Of a stretch of 64,000 bases of DNA, positions 47,458-57,603 are shown in pieces. Below the pieces are notes generated by a model, which saw nothing but the letters and a program-made list of their open reading frames with translations, searched no databases and had not been told where the DNA came from. The stretch's first letter is position 1. Every line of letters begins with the position of its first letter. This DNA is from an uncultured Verrucomicrobiota bacterium. Lineage in GTDB: Bacteria; Verrucomicrobiota; Verrucomicrobiia; Limisphaerales; UBA9464. The position numbers and the translations under genes were made by a program. The stretch lies in NCBI GenBank assembly GCA_903854475.1, contig CAINWP010000207.1, forward strand, positions 7,111 through 71,110, in the 5' to 3' direction.

Positions 47458-48231
47458 TCAGCAAACGGTCATACCTCCGTTGACGTGCAGGGTCTGGCCC
47501 GTGACGAAGGACGACGCGTTGCTCGCGAGATACACGATGGTGCCATCCAGGTCGGACGGAACGCCCCAGCGGTTGACGGGGATTAAGGAGCGATAGCCTT
47601 CCTTGAGCTCCTCCGGGTCGTTTTCGTGGCGCTCCACGGGGATCCACCCTGGGGCGATCATATTGACGGTAATGCCGTGCGGTGCGAGCTCACCGGCCAG
47701 GCTGCGATGGAAGCCGTTCTGGCCGCCCTTGGCCGCGACGTAGGCGGTGAAATTGGGGACACCTCGCGTCACTACCTCGGAGCCGATGTTGATGATGCGA
47801 CCCCAGCGCTGAGCCTTCATGTGACCGACACAGGCCTTGGTGAGCAGCACCGGGCTCTTAATGAAGAAATCGACCATCCGCTGGTAGAATGCCCAGTCGT
47901 ACTCCTCGATGGGCTTCTGTGGTTGGTCGCAGGTGGCGTTCAGGACGATGATGTCGATGGGGCCCAGCGAGGCAGTGATCTCCGTGATCATGCGTTGGAC
48001 TTGGGCCTCATCGGTCACATCCGCCTGGAAGAGCGCCCCCTGAAGGCCTGCCGCCTGAAACTCCGCGAAGGCCTCCTGGGCCCGCTGCGCGTTATTCGCG
48101 TAATTGAGGGCGACTTTGGCACCGGCGTGTCCCAAGGCCCTGGCCATGCAGCGGCCGAGACCGGTGGTGCTGCCCGTCACGAGGGCGACGCGGCCGGCGA
48201 GTGAGAAGGAAGCGGGAAGTGATTCAGGCAT
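47458..48231 (-). CDS. SDR-family oxidoreductase (FabG-like)
   Basis: TGSTTGLG (TGxxxGxG), NATC/NAG-like region, YVAAK (YxxxK) and a PG.I motif. Confidence 0.9.
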   Translation of the reverse strand: MPESLPASFSLAGRVALVTGSTTGLGRCMARALGHAGAKVALNYANNAQRAQEAFAEFQAAGLQGALFQADVTDEAQVQRMITEITASLGPIDIIVLNATCDQPQKPIEEYDWAFYQRMVDFFIKSPVLLTKACVGHMKAQRWGRIINIGSEVVTRGVPNFTAYVAAKGGQNGFHRSLAGELAPHGITVNMIAPGWIPVERHENDPEELKEGYRSLIPVNRWGVPSDLDGTIVYLASNASSFVTGQTLHVNGGMTVC

Positions 48232-48441
48232 GGGAATGCAGGAGGAATGGCTGTGCGTTGGCTAGGTCAGTGTGAACCCGACGAGATTGGCCGGATTGCG
48301 TCCGGCGTCAACGCGGCGAAGTGGAGTCGGTGGAATTCGATCCGACGAAAGAGGTAGGACTCTACCCTTCGCCGGCATCCGTCCATCACTGGTAGCCGCC
48401 TCGAAAAGTCAGGAAGGTCCTTGTTTTGACCCAAACAGGCC

Positions 48442-49632
48442 TCAGGCAAGCAACAAGCGCTCGGCCAGTTGCTCCACGGACCGGTCGTTGGTGGCTCCCT
48501 TCCAGTTCAGTTCACCCATCCACCAATTGCGCACGTAGCCCCGGCGGTCGATGACGTAGACCGTGGGCCACATCGTGGTTCCCCAAGCTTCCCAATTGGC
48601 GCTTTTGGTATCCACCAGCACCGGGAATTCGAAGCCCGCCTTGCGGGCGGCGGTCAGCACTTTGCCCGTGTCCCGCTCCTCTTCAGTCTCCGGGGTTTGA
48701 ATACCGACCACCACGATGCCCTTGTCGCGCAACGTTCGGTGCCATCGGTTGTAGATAGCGAAGTTCGCATGGCAGTTGTGGCACTGGAATGCATAGAAGT
48801 GGAGCAGCACCACAGAGCCCCGCAGTTCGGACAGGCGGATGGCGCGCTCATCGAGCCACACGCCCGAATCCACCAGTTCTGGGGCCATGGGATACACCCG
48901 TTGGAAGGCGGTGGTTTCACGGAGTTCGCCCAAGGCCTCGCGCCAGAGCGACCGCTGTTCGGTGGTGAGCCAGCGATCGGAGGCTGTCTGCTCGGCTTGG
49001 CGGAAACGGGACAGCGCCGCGGCGTAACGGGTTCGCCCGGCCGAACCGAGGGATCCGACTTGCATCAAGGAACGATCGGAGTTCTCGAAGAGGGTCTGAA
49101 GCTTCGTGGTCTGTTCGGGGTTGAGGTCCAGAAACTCGGCCACATCCGGACGCAGGAAGGCCCGGGCTCCCTGGGCCTGCAGTTCTAGTTGTCGGAGGCG
49201 GCTCACCGCGACTCCACCCATGCGGCGGCGCAGCTCGGATACGACGGCGGTCTCGGCCTTGGCGATGGCTTCGCGCTGCTCGGTCGATGGCTGGTTACGC
49301 CATCGCATCCAGGGTGCGCTGACCTTTCGAAGGAACTGGTCGAATGCCGGTTCGATTTCCGAGGGGATTCCTAGTTCTTTCTGACCCTCCTCCGAGTGGA
49401 CCATGGCCAGCAGTGTTTGGGGCACGCGAACCAAGCCGGGGGACAGGTCCTTGGGTCGGAGTGTGCGGGCAGGAACCGGCCGCTCCGTCGAGGCCCCAAG
49501 TTCACCGGTGGCGAGCGTCGCCCCGGCGAGGGCCATCCAGCGCAAGTGACGCCGCAATACCGGGTCGCCGTTACCCGATCGTTCGGTGTTGCGGTGGGCA
49601 TCCGGGGAACCTCTGTGCGGCCAAGAGATCAT
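48442..49632 (-). CDS. TlpA/ResA-like thioredoxin-fold protein with about 250-aa N-terminal domain
   Basis: The C-terminal domain VVLLHFYAFQCHNCHANF...VVVGIQTPE...FPVLVD carries a CxxC motif (CHNC). Start uncertain; alternative ATG at 49536. Confidence 0.75.
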   Translation of the reverse strand: MISWPHRGSPDAHRNTERSGNGDPVLRRHLRWMALAGATLATGELGASTERPVPARTLRPKDLSPGLVRVPQTLLAMVHSEEGQKELGIPSEIEPAFDQFLRKVSAPWMRWRNQPSTEQREAIAKAETAVVSELRRRMGGVAVSRLRQLELQAQGARAFLRPDVAEFLDLNPEQTTKLQTLFENSDRSLMQVGSLGSAGRTRYAAALSRFRQAEQTASDRWLTTEQRSLWREALGELRETTAFQRVYPMAPELVDSGVWLDERAIRLSELRGSVVLLHFYAFQCHNCHANFAIYNRWHRTLRDKGIVVVGIQTPETEEERDTGKVLTAARKAGFEFPVLVDTKSANWEAWGTTMWPTVYVIDRRGYVRNWWMGELNWKGATNDRSVEQLAERLLLA

Positions 49633-49684
49633 TGGTAATTGAGATAATTCGGTTCCGGTAATGTTGCAAGATGAGCCGAGGTCG

Positions 49685-52600
49685 CTATTTCCACGACGAC
49701 AGGAATGCCACTAGGTCCCGCAGTTCACGGGGGCTCAACACCTCGCCCATCGGCGGCATCACCGACTGGGGATTGGCCGAGCGGGATGCGATATCGGAAA
49801 TCGGAAGAGTCCGCACTTCGCCAGAGATCAGGCGGAGGCGGAGGCGGCCCTCGCGCTCCTGGAGCAGGAGGCCGTCGAGGGTTTCTCCTCCTTTTAAGGT
49901 CAGGCTCACGGTGGCGTAGCCCTCGGCGATGCGGGCGCTAGGATCGAGGAGGGACTCTAGTAGGGTTTCGGGTGTAGCGCGCTGGCCGATGCCTTGGAGC
50001 ACTGGTCCGGCTTGTTGCCCTTCGCCCCCGGCGTTGTGGCATCGGACACACTGGCCCTGCACCGAAGTCTGGAAGAGTCGGCGTCCGGCTTCGGGGTTTC
50101 CACCGGCCAGGAGTGCCCGGGATTTTTGCTCGGGATGCGCCTGTTCCCAATCCTTGGCGCGGGTGGCGAGGTGGGCGTGGCCGTGCTGGCGGAGAGCTTC
50201 TTGCACGTCGAGTATCAAGGATTGAGGCAATGTGCCTGAATTGAGGCGGTCGAATTGTTGAGTCAGCAGGGCCGTGGCGTCGGGTTCCGATCGTTGGCTC
50301 AACCGCCTCAAGAGCCATTGTTGTTCGCCCACGGTCGCTGTGCCCCACTGTTTCCGGGCGTACTCGAAGAACTTCGCGGGCGCTCGCTCCGCTTGGATTT
50401 CCAGGGCCGCTTGCCGCAATTCCTCGGGTTTGGATTCTGTTAGGTGTTGCACCAACTCCGGGAGTTCGGGGCCCTGAGCGCGCGCCAACGCGTGAAGCGC
50501 CTGAACCCGAAGAGCGACCGGCTGACTTGGGGAGCGAACGCAGTCGGCCAGCAGGGCGGGGGGCACGACCAGTCGCTGTTCGAAGACCAGACGCGCCAGA
50601 ACCAGTCCCAAGGCGGGACTGGCCTTCGACCAAAGGGGTTCGATGAGTTCTGCGAGGTGCTGGCGTCCCGCATCCGGCGTGCGCGTAGGCAGCGATCGGA
50701 CTCGGCCTTCCACCCGGTCCAAAAAGGGAGAGGCATTCCAAGAGGCGAGCGCTTCCAGGGCCTCGATCCGGAGAGGTTCGGGCGCCGTGGACCGTAGCGC
50801 GTAGGCACTGAGGCGCCGCCCAGAGGCGGCGGTACCTATGCGGAGATTGGCGCTGAGAGAGCGGCGTAGGAGGGCTTCATCCGGGTTGTCTCCGAGGGCG
50901 TCCAAGCACTCGGCCAGTGCCGGCAAGGCTTCCGGTACGGACTCGTCATCATGGATGGCTATGGCTGCCTCGCGACGGACCCGGGGATTTGAGTCATTCA
51001 AGAAGCCTGCCAGCAACGGTGAAGCGAGACGCCTCAGGGCAACGACCGCTCCGATCCGGACCGCCACGGATTGGTGCTGCCGCAGTGGTGCCAAGAGTTC
51101 AGGACGTTGAAGTCCCGACAAACCCAACGTCGCGGCGTGCCGCAGGAAAGGATCTTGATCCATGTTTTCTTCCAACAGCGAAACTAGGGAGCCCAATGCA
51201 GAGGCATTCCCTACCTTGCCCAGCGCCAACGCCGCTTGGAATCGCACCCGGGGATTCTCGTCGCGAAGGCGTCGGATGAGGGCTGTTTCTGCACCCTTGA
51301 TGCGCAAATCACCTGCCACCTTGGCCGCCTGGGCCCGCACCCGGGCCTCTGGATCGGCCAGGGGTAATTGCCGAGCCTTCAGCGGAGCGCGCAGTTGGCC
51401 CAACCCCCAAAGCGCATGAATTCGGGCTAGGGTTGGAGCATGCAACTCGTTGGCAATTTTCAGCAGCGGTTCGGCGGCTCCCCGGCGGACCCATTCGAAC
51501 TGGGCCCGCAGGCGGATGCGCTGGTCAGCATGGCCGAGCAATCGGGTCAAGGACTCGGCCGTGTGACCTTTCAATCCATCTCGAAGCAGCCCTTGCACCT
51601 CACGTCGGATCGGCGATCCGCTGGCCTTCGGATCATCCAACACCCAGATGGCTCCTTTGCCGTCCGGGTTCCACATCCCATCCCAATCACCGACAAACAG
51701 TGATCCATCCGGGCTAAAGGCCAGACAACTGGCCATCATGCCTGTCAGAACCGATCGCTCATCCACCATTTCGAAACCGGCCCCGCGAGCACGTGCCTTG
51801 AAGGTAGTCACCTTTTTCACGGGAAATTGAATGAGGAAGAAGTGATCTCGGTAGGCCTCGCTCAAAGCAGTGCCTGGATTGTGGACCAGACTTCCCGGAC
51901 CCACCGAATAGTTGGTGATCGGCGGAGTGATGTAAGCGGGTTGGTCCGGATGGGTCGGCACCCACAGGTGCTCGTCCATCCAAGGATTGTAGTCCGGTTG
52001 TCGGGTGATGGTATTCCAACCCGGGTCGCGAAATTGCCAATTCAAGCGCCAGCCTGAATCGCTGCCCTCGGCAATGTGGACGAAGCGCTCCCGCTCCTCC
52101 CGCAAGTCGCCATCGTTGTCCACGGCGAAGAAGTTGCCGTCGTCATCAAAGGCGATTTCCTGGGGGTTGCGCAGGCCCGTGGCATAGACCTCCAGATTCG
52201 ATCCGTCGGTGTTCATTCGCAGGACACCTCCGGTGTTCGGGTGCCGAAGGATTCGGCCTTCGCGATTGGTGACTGAGAATCCGTTGTCACCGCAGGAAAA
52301 GTAGAGCTTCCCATCAGGCCCGATGATGAGGCCGTGCAAGTCGTGACCATCGAAGGCGGCGTGGACACCAAACCCGCGGAACTCCGTCTGCTGGGTGTCC
52401 GCGATCCCATCGTGATTGGTATCGCTGACTCGTTTCAGTTCGGGATAGCCCGTGACCCACACGGAGTCGTCCCAGGGGAGCACACCGGCCACGACTCCGG
52501 AAATCTCCTCATTGAATCCCTCAGTGAAAATTTGCGAGCGATCGGCGTGCCCAGTGTTCTGGGTGTCTTCCAGTCGCCGAATACGTTCTTTAATCGGCTC

Positions 52601-52990
52601 GAGGTCGTGCCAGTCGTGGACCCCATCTCCGGTGAGATCCCGCAGCCATGGGGCGTTTTCCTGACTCCGTCCCGGGGCCATCCAACGGCGAAACGCCTGA
52701 CGGAGGTCCTCCACCGACTGGTTCGCCAAGTCGTCCACCAACCAATCCCGATGGCTGCGAATATCAATATCGACCGTTCCGCGCCGCGCTGTCTCGGCGA
52801 CGTACAGCACGCCCCGGTCATCAAAGCTCAGCGCGACCGGATCCATGACCTGGGGCTCTCGAGCCCAAAGGGTCAGCTTCAAACCCTTGGCGGCAACCGC
52901 CTTGGCCGCGGGTTCGTCCGATCGGATCGAGCCGGTGGTCAGCAGTGTGGCCAGGGTGAGGCAAAGCCAATGATTGAAGGATGATTTCAT
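49685..52990 (-). CDS. PVC-type heme-binding CxxCH protein: beta-propeller dehydrogenase-like domain + HEAT repeats + C-terminal cytochrome c domain
   Basis: Signal peptide from ATG 52990. Sorbosone-dehydrogenase-like propeller blocks, long HEAT-like leucine-rich repeats, and C-terminal GRRLFQ..VQGQCVRCHNAGGEG...MPPM. Confidence 0.85.
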   Translation of the reverse strand: MKSSFNHWLCLTLATLLTTGSIRSDEPAAKAVAAKGLKLTLWAREPQVMDPVALSFDDRGVLYVAETARRGTVDIDIRSHRDWLVDDLANQSVEDLRQAFRRWMAPGRSQENAPWLRDLTGDGVHDWHDLEPIKERIRRLEDTQNTGHADRSQIFTEGFNEEISGVVAGVLPWDDSVWVTGYPELKRVSDTNHDGIADTQQTEFRGFGVHAAFDGHDLHGLIIGPDGKLYFSCGDNGFSVTNREGRILRHPNTGGVLRMNTDGSNLEVYATGLRNPQEIAFDDDGNFFAVDNDGDLREERERFVHIAEGSDSGWRLNWQFRDPGWNTITRQPDYNPWMDEHLWVPTHPDQPAYITPPITNYSVGPGSLVHNPGTALSEAYRDHFFLIQFPVKKVTTFKARARGAGFEMVDERSVLTGMMASCLAFSPDGSLFVGDWDGMWNPDGKGAIWVLDDPKASGSPIRREVQGLLRDGLKGHTAESLTRLLGHADQRIRLRAQFEWVRRGAAEPLLKIANELHAPTLARIHALWGLGQLRAPLKARQLPLADPEARVRAQAAKVAGDLRIKGAETALIRRLRDENPRVRFQAALALGKVGNASALGSLVSLLEENMDQDPFLRHAATLGLSGLQRPELLAPLRQHQSVAVRIGAVVALRRLASPLLAGFLNDSNPRVRREAAIAIHDDESVPEALPALAECLDALGDNPDEALLRRSLSANLRIGTAASGRRLSAYALRSTAPEPLRIEALEALASWNASPFLDRVEGRVRSLPTRTPDAGRQHLAELIEPLWSKASPALGLVLARLVFEQRLVVPPALLADCVRSPSQPVALRVQALHALARAQGPELPELVQHLTESKPEELRQAALEIQAERAPAKFFEYARKQWGTATVGEQQWLLRRLSQRSEPDATALLTQQFDRLNSGTLPQSLILDVQEALRQHGHAHLATRAKDWEQAHPEQKSRALLAGGNPEAGRRLFQTSVQGQCVRCHNAGGEGQQAGPVLQGIGQRATPETLLESLLDPSARIAEGYATVSLTLKGGETLDGLLLQEREGRLRLRLISGEVRTLPISDIASRSANPQSVMPPMGEVLSPRELRDLVAFLSSWK

Positions 52991-53262
52991 GTCGAAGGAC
53001 CGATGACGCCGGGGCCGGGGAACACTGTGAAAAGGTCTAGGTTGGTTGTCGAAGTATCCTGCACCGGCTTCCCAGGGTCGAGTTTGCCTCTCGGTCGGTC
53101 GATTTCGGTACCGAGACTTCCAGCACCCCGAGACGACTCCTCGGCAGCGGCTCATCGGTGAAGAACCGGTGAATAACTTTCGGGAGCCGGTCGTGGCGGA
53201 CGCAATGCTGACGTGGTTAGGGTTCCCGAAAGATTCATCGAATTAAGCTTCAAGTATTAGCC

Positions 53263-53733
53263 TTGGTGGGTATCGCTCTTGTCGCGATGGCGTCTTTGGA
53301 GGCTTCGCAGCTTCGGGACGCCTTGGCCATGATCGAGACGGGGGCTTCCTCTCCGGTCGCGGGTGATCCAGACCACGTGATTGGTGGCTCGGGTGAGGTC
53401 AGCCGATTCCAGATTATGCCTGAAGTTTGGAAGGCGTATACGAAGTCGATAAACCATACCAATCCCGAGGTTGCTTGGACCGTCACTCGGCGTATTCTGG
53501 CCAATAGGGTGGGCAGCTTTGAGAAAGCAACAGGACGTCCGCCAGAACCCATCGAGGTATATTTGCTGTGGAACAAGCCAGGACATTTCGAGGGAGTGGG
53601 ATACCGTCTCGAACGAGTGTCCCTCATTTATCGCGAACGCGCCCAACGCTTCCAAAATCTGTATCGCTCGATGGGCGGAGGCCCTGTGACGCGGCCGACG
53701 CTGGTGGAAGACCCTGGAACGGTGGTTCATTGA
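53263..53733 (+). CDS. Small SLT/lysozyme-like (lytic transglycosylase-like) protein
   Basis: GGSGEVSRFQIMPEVWKAYT resembles the E-S...GLMQIMP catalytic block. TTG start with a signal-like N-terminus. Confidence 0.45.
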   Translation: MVGIALVAMASLEASQLRDALAMIETGASSPVAGDPDHVIGGSGEVSRFQIMPEVWKAYTKSINHTNPEVAWTVTRRILANRVGSFEKATGRPPEPIEVYLLWNKPGHFEGVGYRLERVSLIYRERAQRFQNLYRSMGGGPVTRPTLVEDPGTVVH

Positions 53734-53824
53734 TATCCGAAGTTGTGTATTGGGTTGCTCATCAGTCGGGGTTTGCCCCCGCCCGAACGGGGTCGTCTTC
53801 CGCAACACGAGTGAGCCCCAGAGG

Positions 53825-54877
53825 TCAAACTCGCTCTAACTTGATCGGGTAGGAGCGGCCGGAGGCGAATTGGGCCACGTACAGGCTGCCCTCGGTGTCG
53901 ACGGCCAGGTCGTGCGGGTGCTGGAAGAGTTCCTCACGGTGGGCCATGGGGCGGAGTTGCCCATCGGGACCGTATTCTGGGGCCGTGCCACCGACGTTGG
54001 ACACCACCCGTAGTGAGGAATCCAGGACGGAGACGAAGCCCCTGCAATTGCGATCCTTCGGCCAATTGTCGCCCAAGTGCGCGACAAAGTAATGGTCGCC
54101 CACACGACGGATTTGCCGGGGATTGCCGCCGGGCAAGGGGATAGTTCCCAAGGCCCGCCCGTCGGTGCTCATGCGCAGCAAGTGTTGTTGGTCGCTCATG
54201 GCGATGAGTAAGGTCGGTTCGCCCGAACGCGGGGCATCGATCATTCCGCCGTGGGGCCCCCAATGAACGATGCCTCCCTCCGCGCCACCAAAGACCTTTT
54301 TGAACTCCCCATCCGCTCCATATTGGAGAATGTAATCGCGTCCATAGCCATCGAGGACGAAGAACTCCCCATTGGGCAGGTGCAAGGTCCAGGACGGACG
54401 GTATTCGTCGGGCTTGGGGTACTTGCCCGTGTTTTTTGGCAGCGACCATTCCTGAAGGATTTTGCCGTCCGGAGTGGCCTTAATGACCTGATGCCGTTGG
54501 AGGTCCGTCAAATAGAGAACCTCTCGTCCGCCCTCGGTCACCAAAGAGAGACCGTGGGCTCCGGGAAATTGCGTGCCCCACTTGTGGACCAACCGCCCTT
54601 TCCGGTCGTACACGATGACATTGTTCTTCGTCTCGTTGGTGAAGAGAATGAGATGCCCCTCGCGGTCGATGACGAGGCCATGGCAGTCATTGACCGGCGT
54701 GGAAGGCCCGAGATCCCCCCATCCGGGAACCACCCGGTAGCGGAACGCCCCATGACCCAAAAGTGCTGAATCCGCAGCTTGGATGTACGGGAAACCCACC
54801 GATTGGGTCAGCGCGGTAACAGTTGCGATGGATCCATTCCGCAGAAAAGACCGCCGGGAGCGTGGGGCCAAGTTCAT
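53825..54877 (-). CDS. NHL-repeat six-bladed beta-propeller protein (peptidyl-alpha-hydroxyglycine lyase-like), Tat signal
   Basis: SRRSFLRNGSIATV leader. Repeated blocks: HGLVIDREGHLILF, VIVYDRKGRLV, HGLSLV, PHDLAVDTEGSLYVA. Confidence 0.7.
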   Translation of the reverse strand: MNLAPRSRRSFLRNGSIATVTALTQSVGFPYIQAADSALLGHGAFRYRVVPGWGDLGPSTPVNDCHGLVIDREGHLILFTNETKNNVIVYDRKGRLVHKWGTQFPGAHGLSLVTEGGREVLYLTDLQRHQVIKATPDGKILQEWSLPKNTGKYPKPDEYRPSWTLHLPNGEFFVLDGYGRDYILQYGADGEFKKVFGGAEGGIVHWGPHGGMIDAPRSGEPTLLIAMSDQQHLLRMSTDGRALGTIPLPGGNPRQIRRVGDHYFVAHLGDNWPKDRNCRGFVSVLDSSLRVVSNVGGTAPEYGPDGQLRPMAHREELFQHPHDLAVDTEGSLYVAQFASGRSYPIKLERV

Positions 54878-55103
54878 AAATAATAGGAGGACTGGGGTGA
54901 GCCTAGCCCAGGCAGTGGGGACAGGCTAGACAGTATCAGGAACAGTCTGGGTCAGTTGTTGCGAAATTTTAGTAGTGATAATTATCTTTTGATCAACCAT
55001 GGACGGGTGAATTAAATAATTTTCTTTAAATGAGTATTCGTAGGGTGATGAGATAAACCTGCCGGGTCTGCTTTGGGATCCGTGACTTTTGTGATTCCCC
55101 AAA

Positions 55104-57575
55104 ATGAAACACCGTCGATCTTTGGTTCTCATCCCCTGGTTAGAGGGTGGATTTTTCGCCGTGCTCCGCGCCGTGTACCTCCTGATGGTGGTGATCAGTG
55201 TTGTCCGGGTAACGGCTTCAAGTCCTTCGGCGGTGGCGCCGGTCGCTGATGGGGCAGGGCGGCAGCCTCCCAAATTGGCCGGAGATCAACAGGTCGGGAT
55301 CCCGCGTACCGCGCTGGTGGGTGTGGTGGTGTCAGCAGACCGTCCGATGCCCGGGATCACGGTGTCTTTGTTCTCGGCATCCCTGACGAACGGGCCGGGA
55401 ACCGTCTGTCCATCCTGCCCGCCGGATTGTCGGAAGACCGCCACGACGGACTCTGACGGCCGGTTCCGGATCGAGGCGCTGGATCCTACCCTACGATTCG
55501 ACGTTCTGGTCCACGGGCCGGGTTGTGCGCCAAAGCTCCTGTACGACGTCGATCCCGGACGCGGGCCCATCCAGGTGAAAGTGGAGCCTCCTCCTCAGGT
55601 CGCCGTGCCGGAGCAGCGGGTCCGCGGGCGAGTGGTGGACACCGCGGGGCGGCCCATCCCGGGCGCCGTCATCCGTCGCCACCGCGTCCAACAGATGGAT
55701 GGTGGTCACCAGTATGGAGGCGATTCGTTTGATGGGTTGGCGGTCACGGATGCCCAGGGAGAATTCGCGCTCAATTCCACGGAACCGTTTCGCTCGGTCG
55801 ATGTACGGGTGGTTTGCCCGTCCTTCGCAGCGCGGTTCTTCACCCACCTGCGGGGCGGCCTTCCGGTGGCTAACCTGGTGATGACTCCGGGAGCCTCGCT
55901 CACGGGAAGGGTCGTGCACCAAGGGAGGCCGGTGCCCGGAGTGGTATTGGGTCTCTGGTCGGGCGACCGGCAGCTCGACCTGTCGCCTGCGCCGGTGTGG
56001 ATCCGCACCGATCCGCAGGGCCGGTATTCATTCCAGAACCTGCCCCCGGAAACCGCATTCTCGTTCATCGGCGAGATAGAGAGCGTCAGTTCCGTCGGCG
56101 CCATCCGTGAATTCCGGTTGCACACACCGAAAGACGGACTCTCCATCGACATGGGCGATGTCGCGGTGGAACGGGCCCATCGATTGGCGGGCCGAGTGGT
56201 ATTGCCGGGTGGGGCGAAACTGCCCGAGGGAATTTACCTTGAAGTCCAGGTATCGGAACGGCCGGATCCCGTCCGACGAAAGCTGGACCCCCGAGGGGCG
56301 TTCGAGGTTCGGGGTATTCCGTCGGGCGAGGTCCAATTGTACTTCAGTTCCCCGGGGTATCGACTGTCTGACCGCAACCCGAGCCTGGAACCGTGGAACC
56401 CTTTCCGGCTTGTGGGTCGTGTGGAAAAGGATCTCACGAATCTCGTCTTCCTAATCGAAGAAGGTCCTCAGATTGAATCTGATCACTCCAGCCTGCCCCA
56501 GAAGGCGCACCCGGCGAACAACCCGCTGCGGGGCATCGAGACTCCCTGGACCGATCGGCCGTACTGGAAGGTTTCGGGTCATGCTCTCGACCGGGACACC
56601 CGGGCTCCTGTTTCCTCGTTTTTCGCGAGCGTGCTGCGCCCTCCGGGATCGCCCGAGGGAATGATTCAGGAATGGTCGGTCGACAGCCGTCGCACGGCGA
56701 CAAACGGGGGGTATTCGGTACGCGTGGGCAAGACCCTAGTCGGCTCCCTCCTGGTGGTTGAGGCTCCGGGTTACCTGCCCGCCACCCGGGCGCTGAAGGC
56801 CGCGGACTCCGGTTCGGAGGACCTGCTCCTGACGCGGGGATCAGGACCCCAGGGAGAGGTCCGGGATCCGGAGGGACGGCCGGCCGCCGGCGTGTCGGTG
56901 GCCCGGATGAACGGCACCTGGGGGGATCCGTTGAACCGTCTCGATTTCGACCCGTCGCACGGCCTGTTGTCCGTCACCTATCCTAACCAACACCTGAAGT
57001 TTGCCACCGATACGTCGGGACGCTTCGAGTTGCCGGCCCTCTGGGGAGGCGGTACGGTCTTCATGGCCTCCACCCAAGGCTTCGCATTCCGTGCCGTCCA
57101 GGATCTTGCGACCAACCCGGTGGTCACGTTGGCCCGCTACGGTCGGATCACCGGACGTCTCGTGGGTCCCACGGATCGCATCGCCGATCAGGGGTTGCAC
57201 CTCGGGTTCGCCCGAACCGGGTCCTTCGATAGGGCGATGGGGGCCATCGAATTGCGCACGGTGACCGATGCTGAGGGACGGTTCTCGTTTGATCCGGCGC
57301 CTCCCGGGCATCTGGAGATCACGCAGATGATTCCTTACCCGATGGAGCGTGGGTCCTGGACCTCCAAAACTATCCATGGGCTCGAGTTGCAGCCCGGCCA
57401 ATCCTTGTCCTTGGAGCTTCAGCCAGCCCGTCCGGAAACAGAAGAGGCACCTCGTTCGTCCCGCCAAGGCGAACTGCAGGGATTTATTTTTGGGGTGCTG
57501 GGTGCCGTTCCTGTGATCGTCGGATTTTTGACCGTGCGCTGGTTCATCCGTCGTCGTCGCCAGGTCGGTTCGTGA
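55104..57575 (+). CDS. Large envelope protein with multiple carboxypeptidase-regulatory-like (CarboxypepD_reg) beta-sandwich repeats; N-terminal anchor and C-terminal TM + RRRR tail
   Basis: Repeated G.V.D..G.P..GA.V / TD..G.F.F..L.PG patterns: GRVVDTAGRPIPGAVI, TDAQGEFAL, GRVVHQGRPVPGVVL, TDPQGRYSFQNLPP, TDAEGRFSFDPAPPG. C-terminus is GFIFGVLGAVPVIVGFLTVRWFIRRRRQVGS. Confidence 0.7.
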   Translation: MKHRRSLVLIPWLEGGFFAVLRAVYLLMVVISVVRVTASSPSAVAPVADGAGRQPPKLAGDQQVGIPRTALVGVVVSADRPMPGITVSLFSASLTNGPGTVCPSCPPDCRKTATTDSDGRFRIEALDPTLRFDVLVHGPGCAPKLLYDVDPGRGPIQVKVEPPPQVAVPEQRVRGRVVDTAGRPIPGAVIRRHRVQQMDGGHQYGGDSFDGLAVTDAQGEFALNSTEPFRSVDVRVVCPSFAARFFTHLRGGLPVANLVMTPGASLTGRVVHQGRPVPGVVLGLWSGDRQLDLSPAPVWIRTDPQGRYSFQNLPPETAFSFIGEIESVSSVGAIREFRLHTPKDGLSIDMGDVAVERAHRLAGRVVLPGGAKLPEGIYLEVQVSERPDPVRRKLDPRGAFEVRGIPSGEVQLYFSSPGYRLSDRNPSLEPWNPFRLVGRVEKDLTNLVFLIEEGPQIESDHSSLPQKAHPANNPLRGIETPWTDRPYWKVSGHALDRDTRAPVSSFFASVLRPPGSPEGMIQEWSVDSRRTATNGGYSVRVGKTLVGSLLVVEAPGYLPATRALKAADSGSEDLLLTRGSGPQGEVRDPEGRPAAGVSVARMNGTWGDPLNRLDFDPSHGLLSVTYPNQHLKFATDTSGRFELPALWGGGTVFMASTQGFAFRAVQDLATNPVVTLARYGRITGRLVGPTDRIADQGLHLGFARTGSFDRAMGAIELRTVTDAEGRFSFDPAPPGHLEITQMIPYPMERGSWTSKTIHGLELQPGQSLSLELQPARPETEEAPRSSRQGELQGFIFGVLGAVPVIVGFLTVRWFIRRRRQVGS

Positions 57576-57603
57576 GACCCGCGGGCTGCGTGCGAGGTCG
57601 GCC

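Noticed and set aside
48322-48400. tRNA-like string TGGAGTCGGTGGAATTCGATCCGAC on the plus strand between the thioredoxin gene and the SDR gene
   Set aside because: The reverse complement gives an ATCGAAT loop with a mismatched T-stem. There is no acceptor 5' complement, and the central GGTAG-AGTC-CTACC hairpin has a 4-nt loop rather than an anticodon loop. It is more likely a weak terminator hairpin followed by tctttc.
54926-55273. 115-aa minus-strand ORF spanning the AT-rich divergent promoter
   Set aside because: It overlaps the start of the 823-aa gene in antisense and runs through a non-coding-looking AT-rich spacer. It has no signal or motif.
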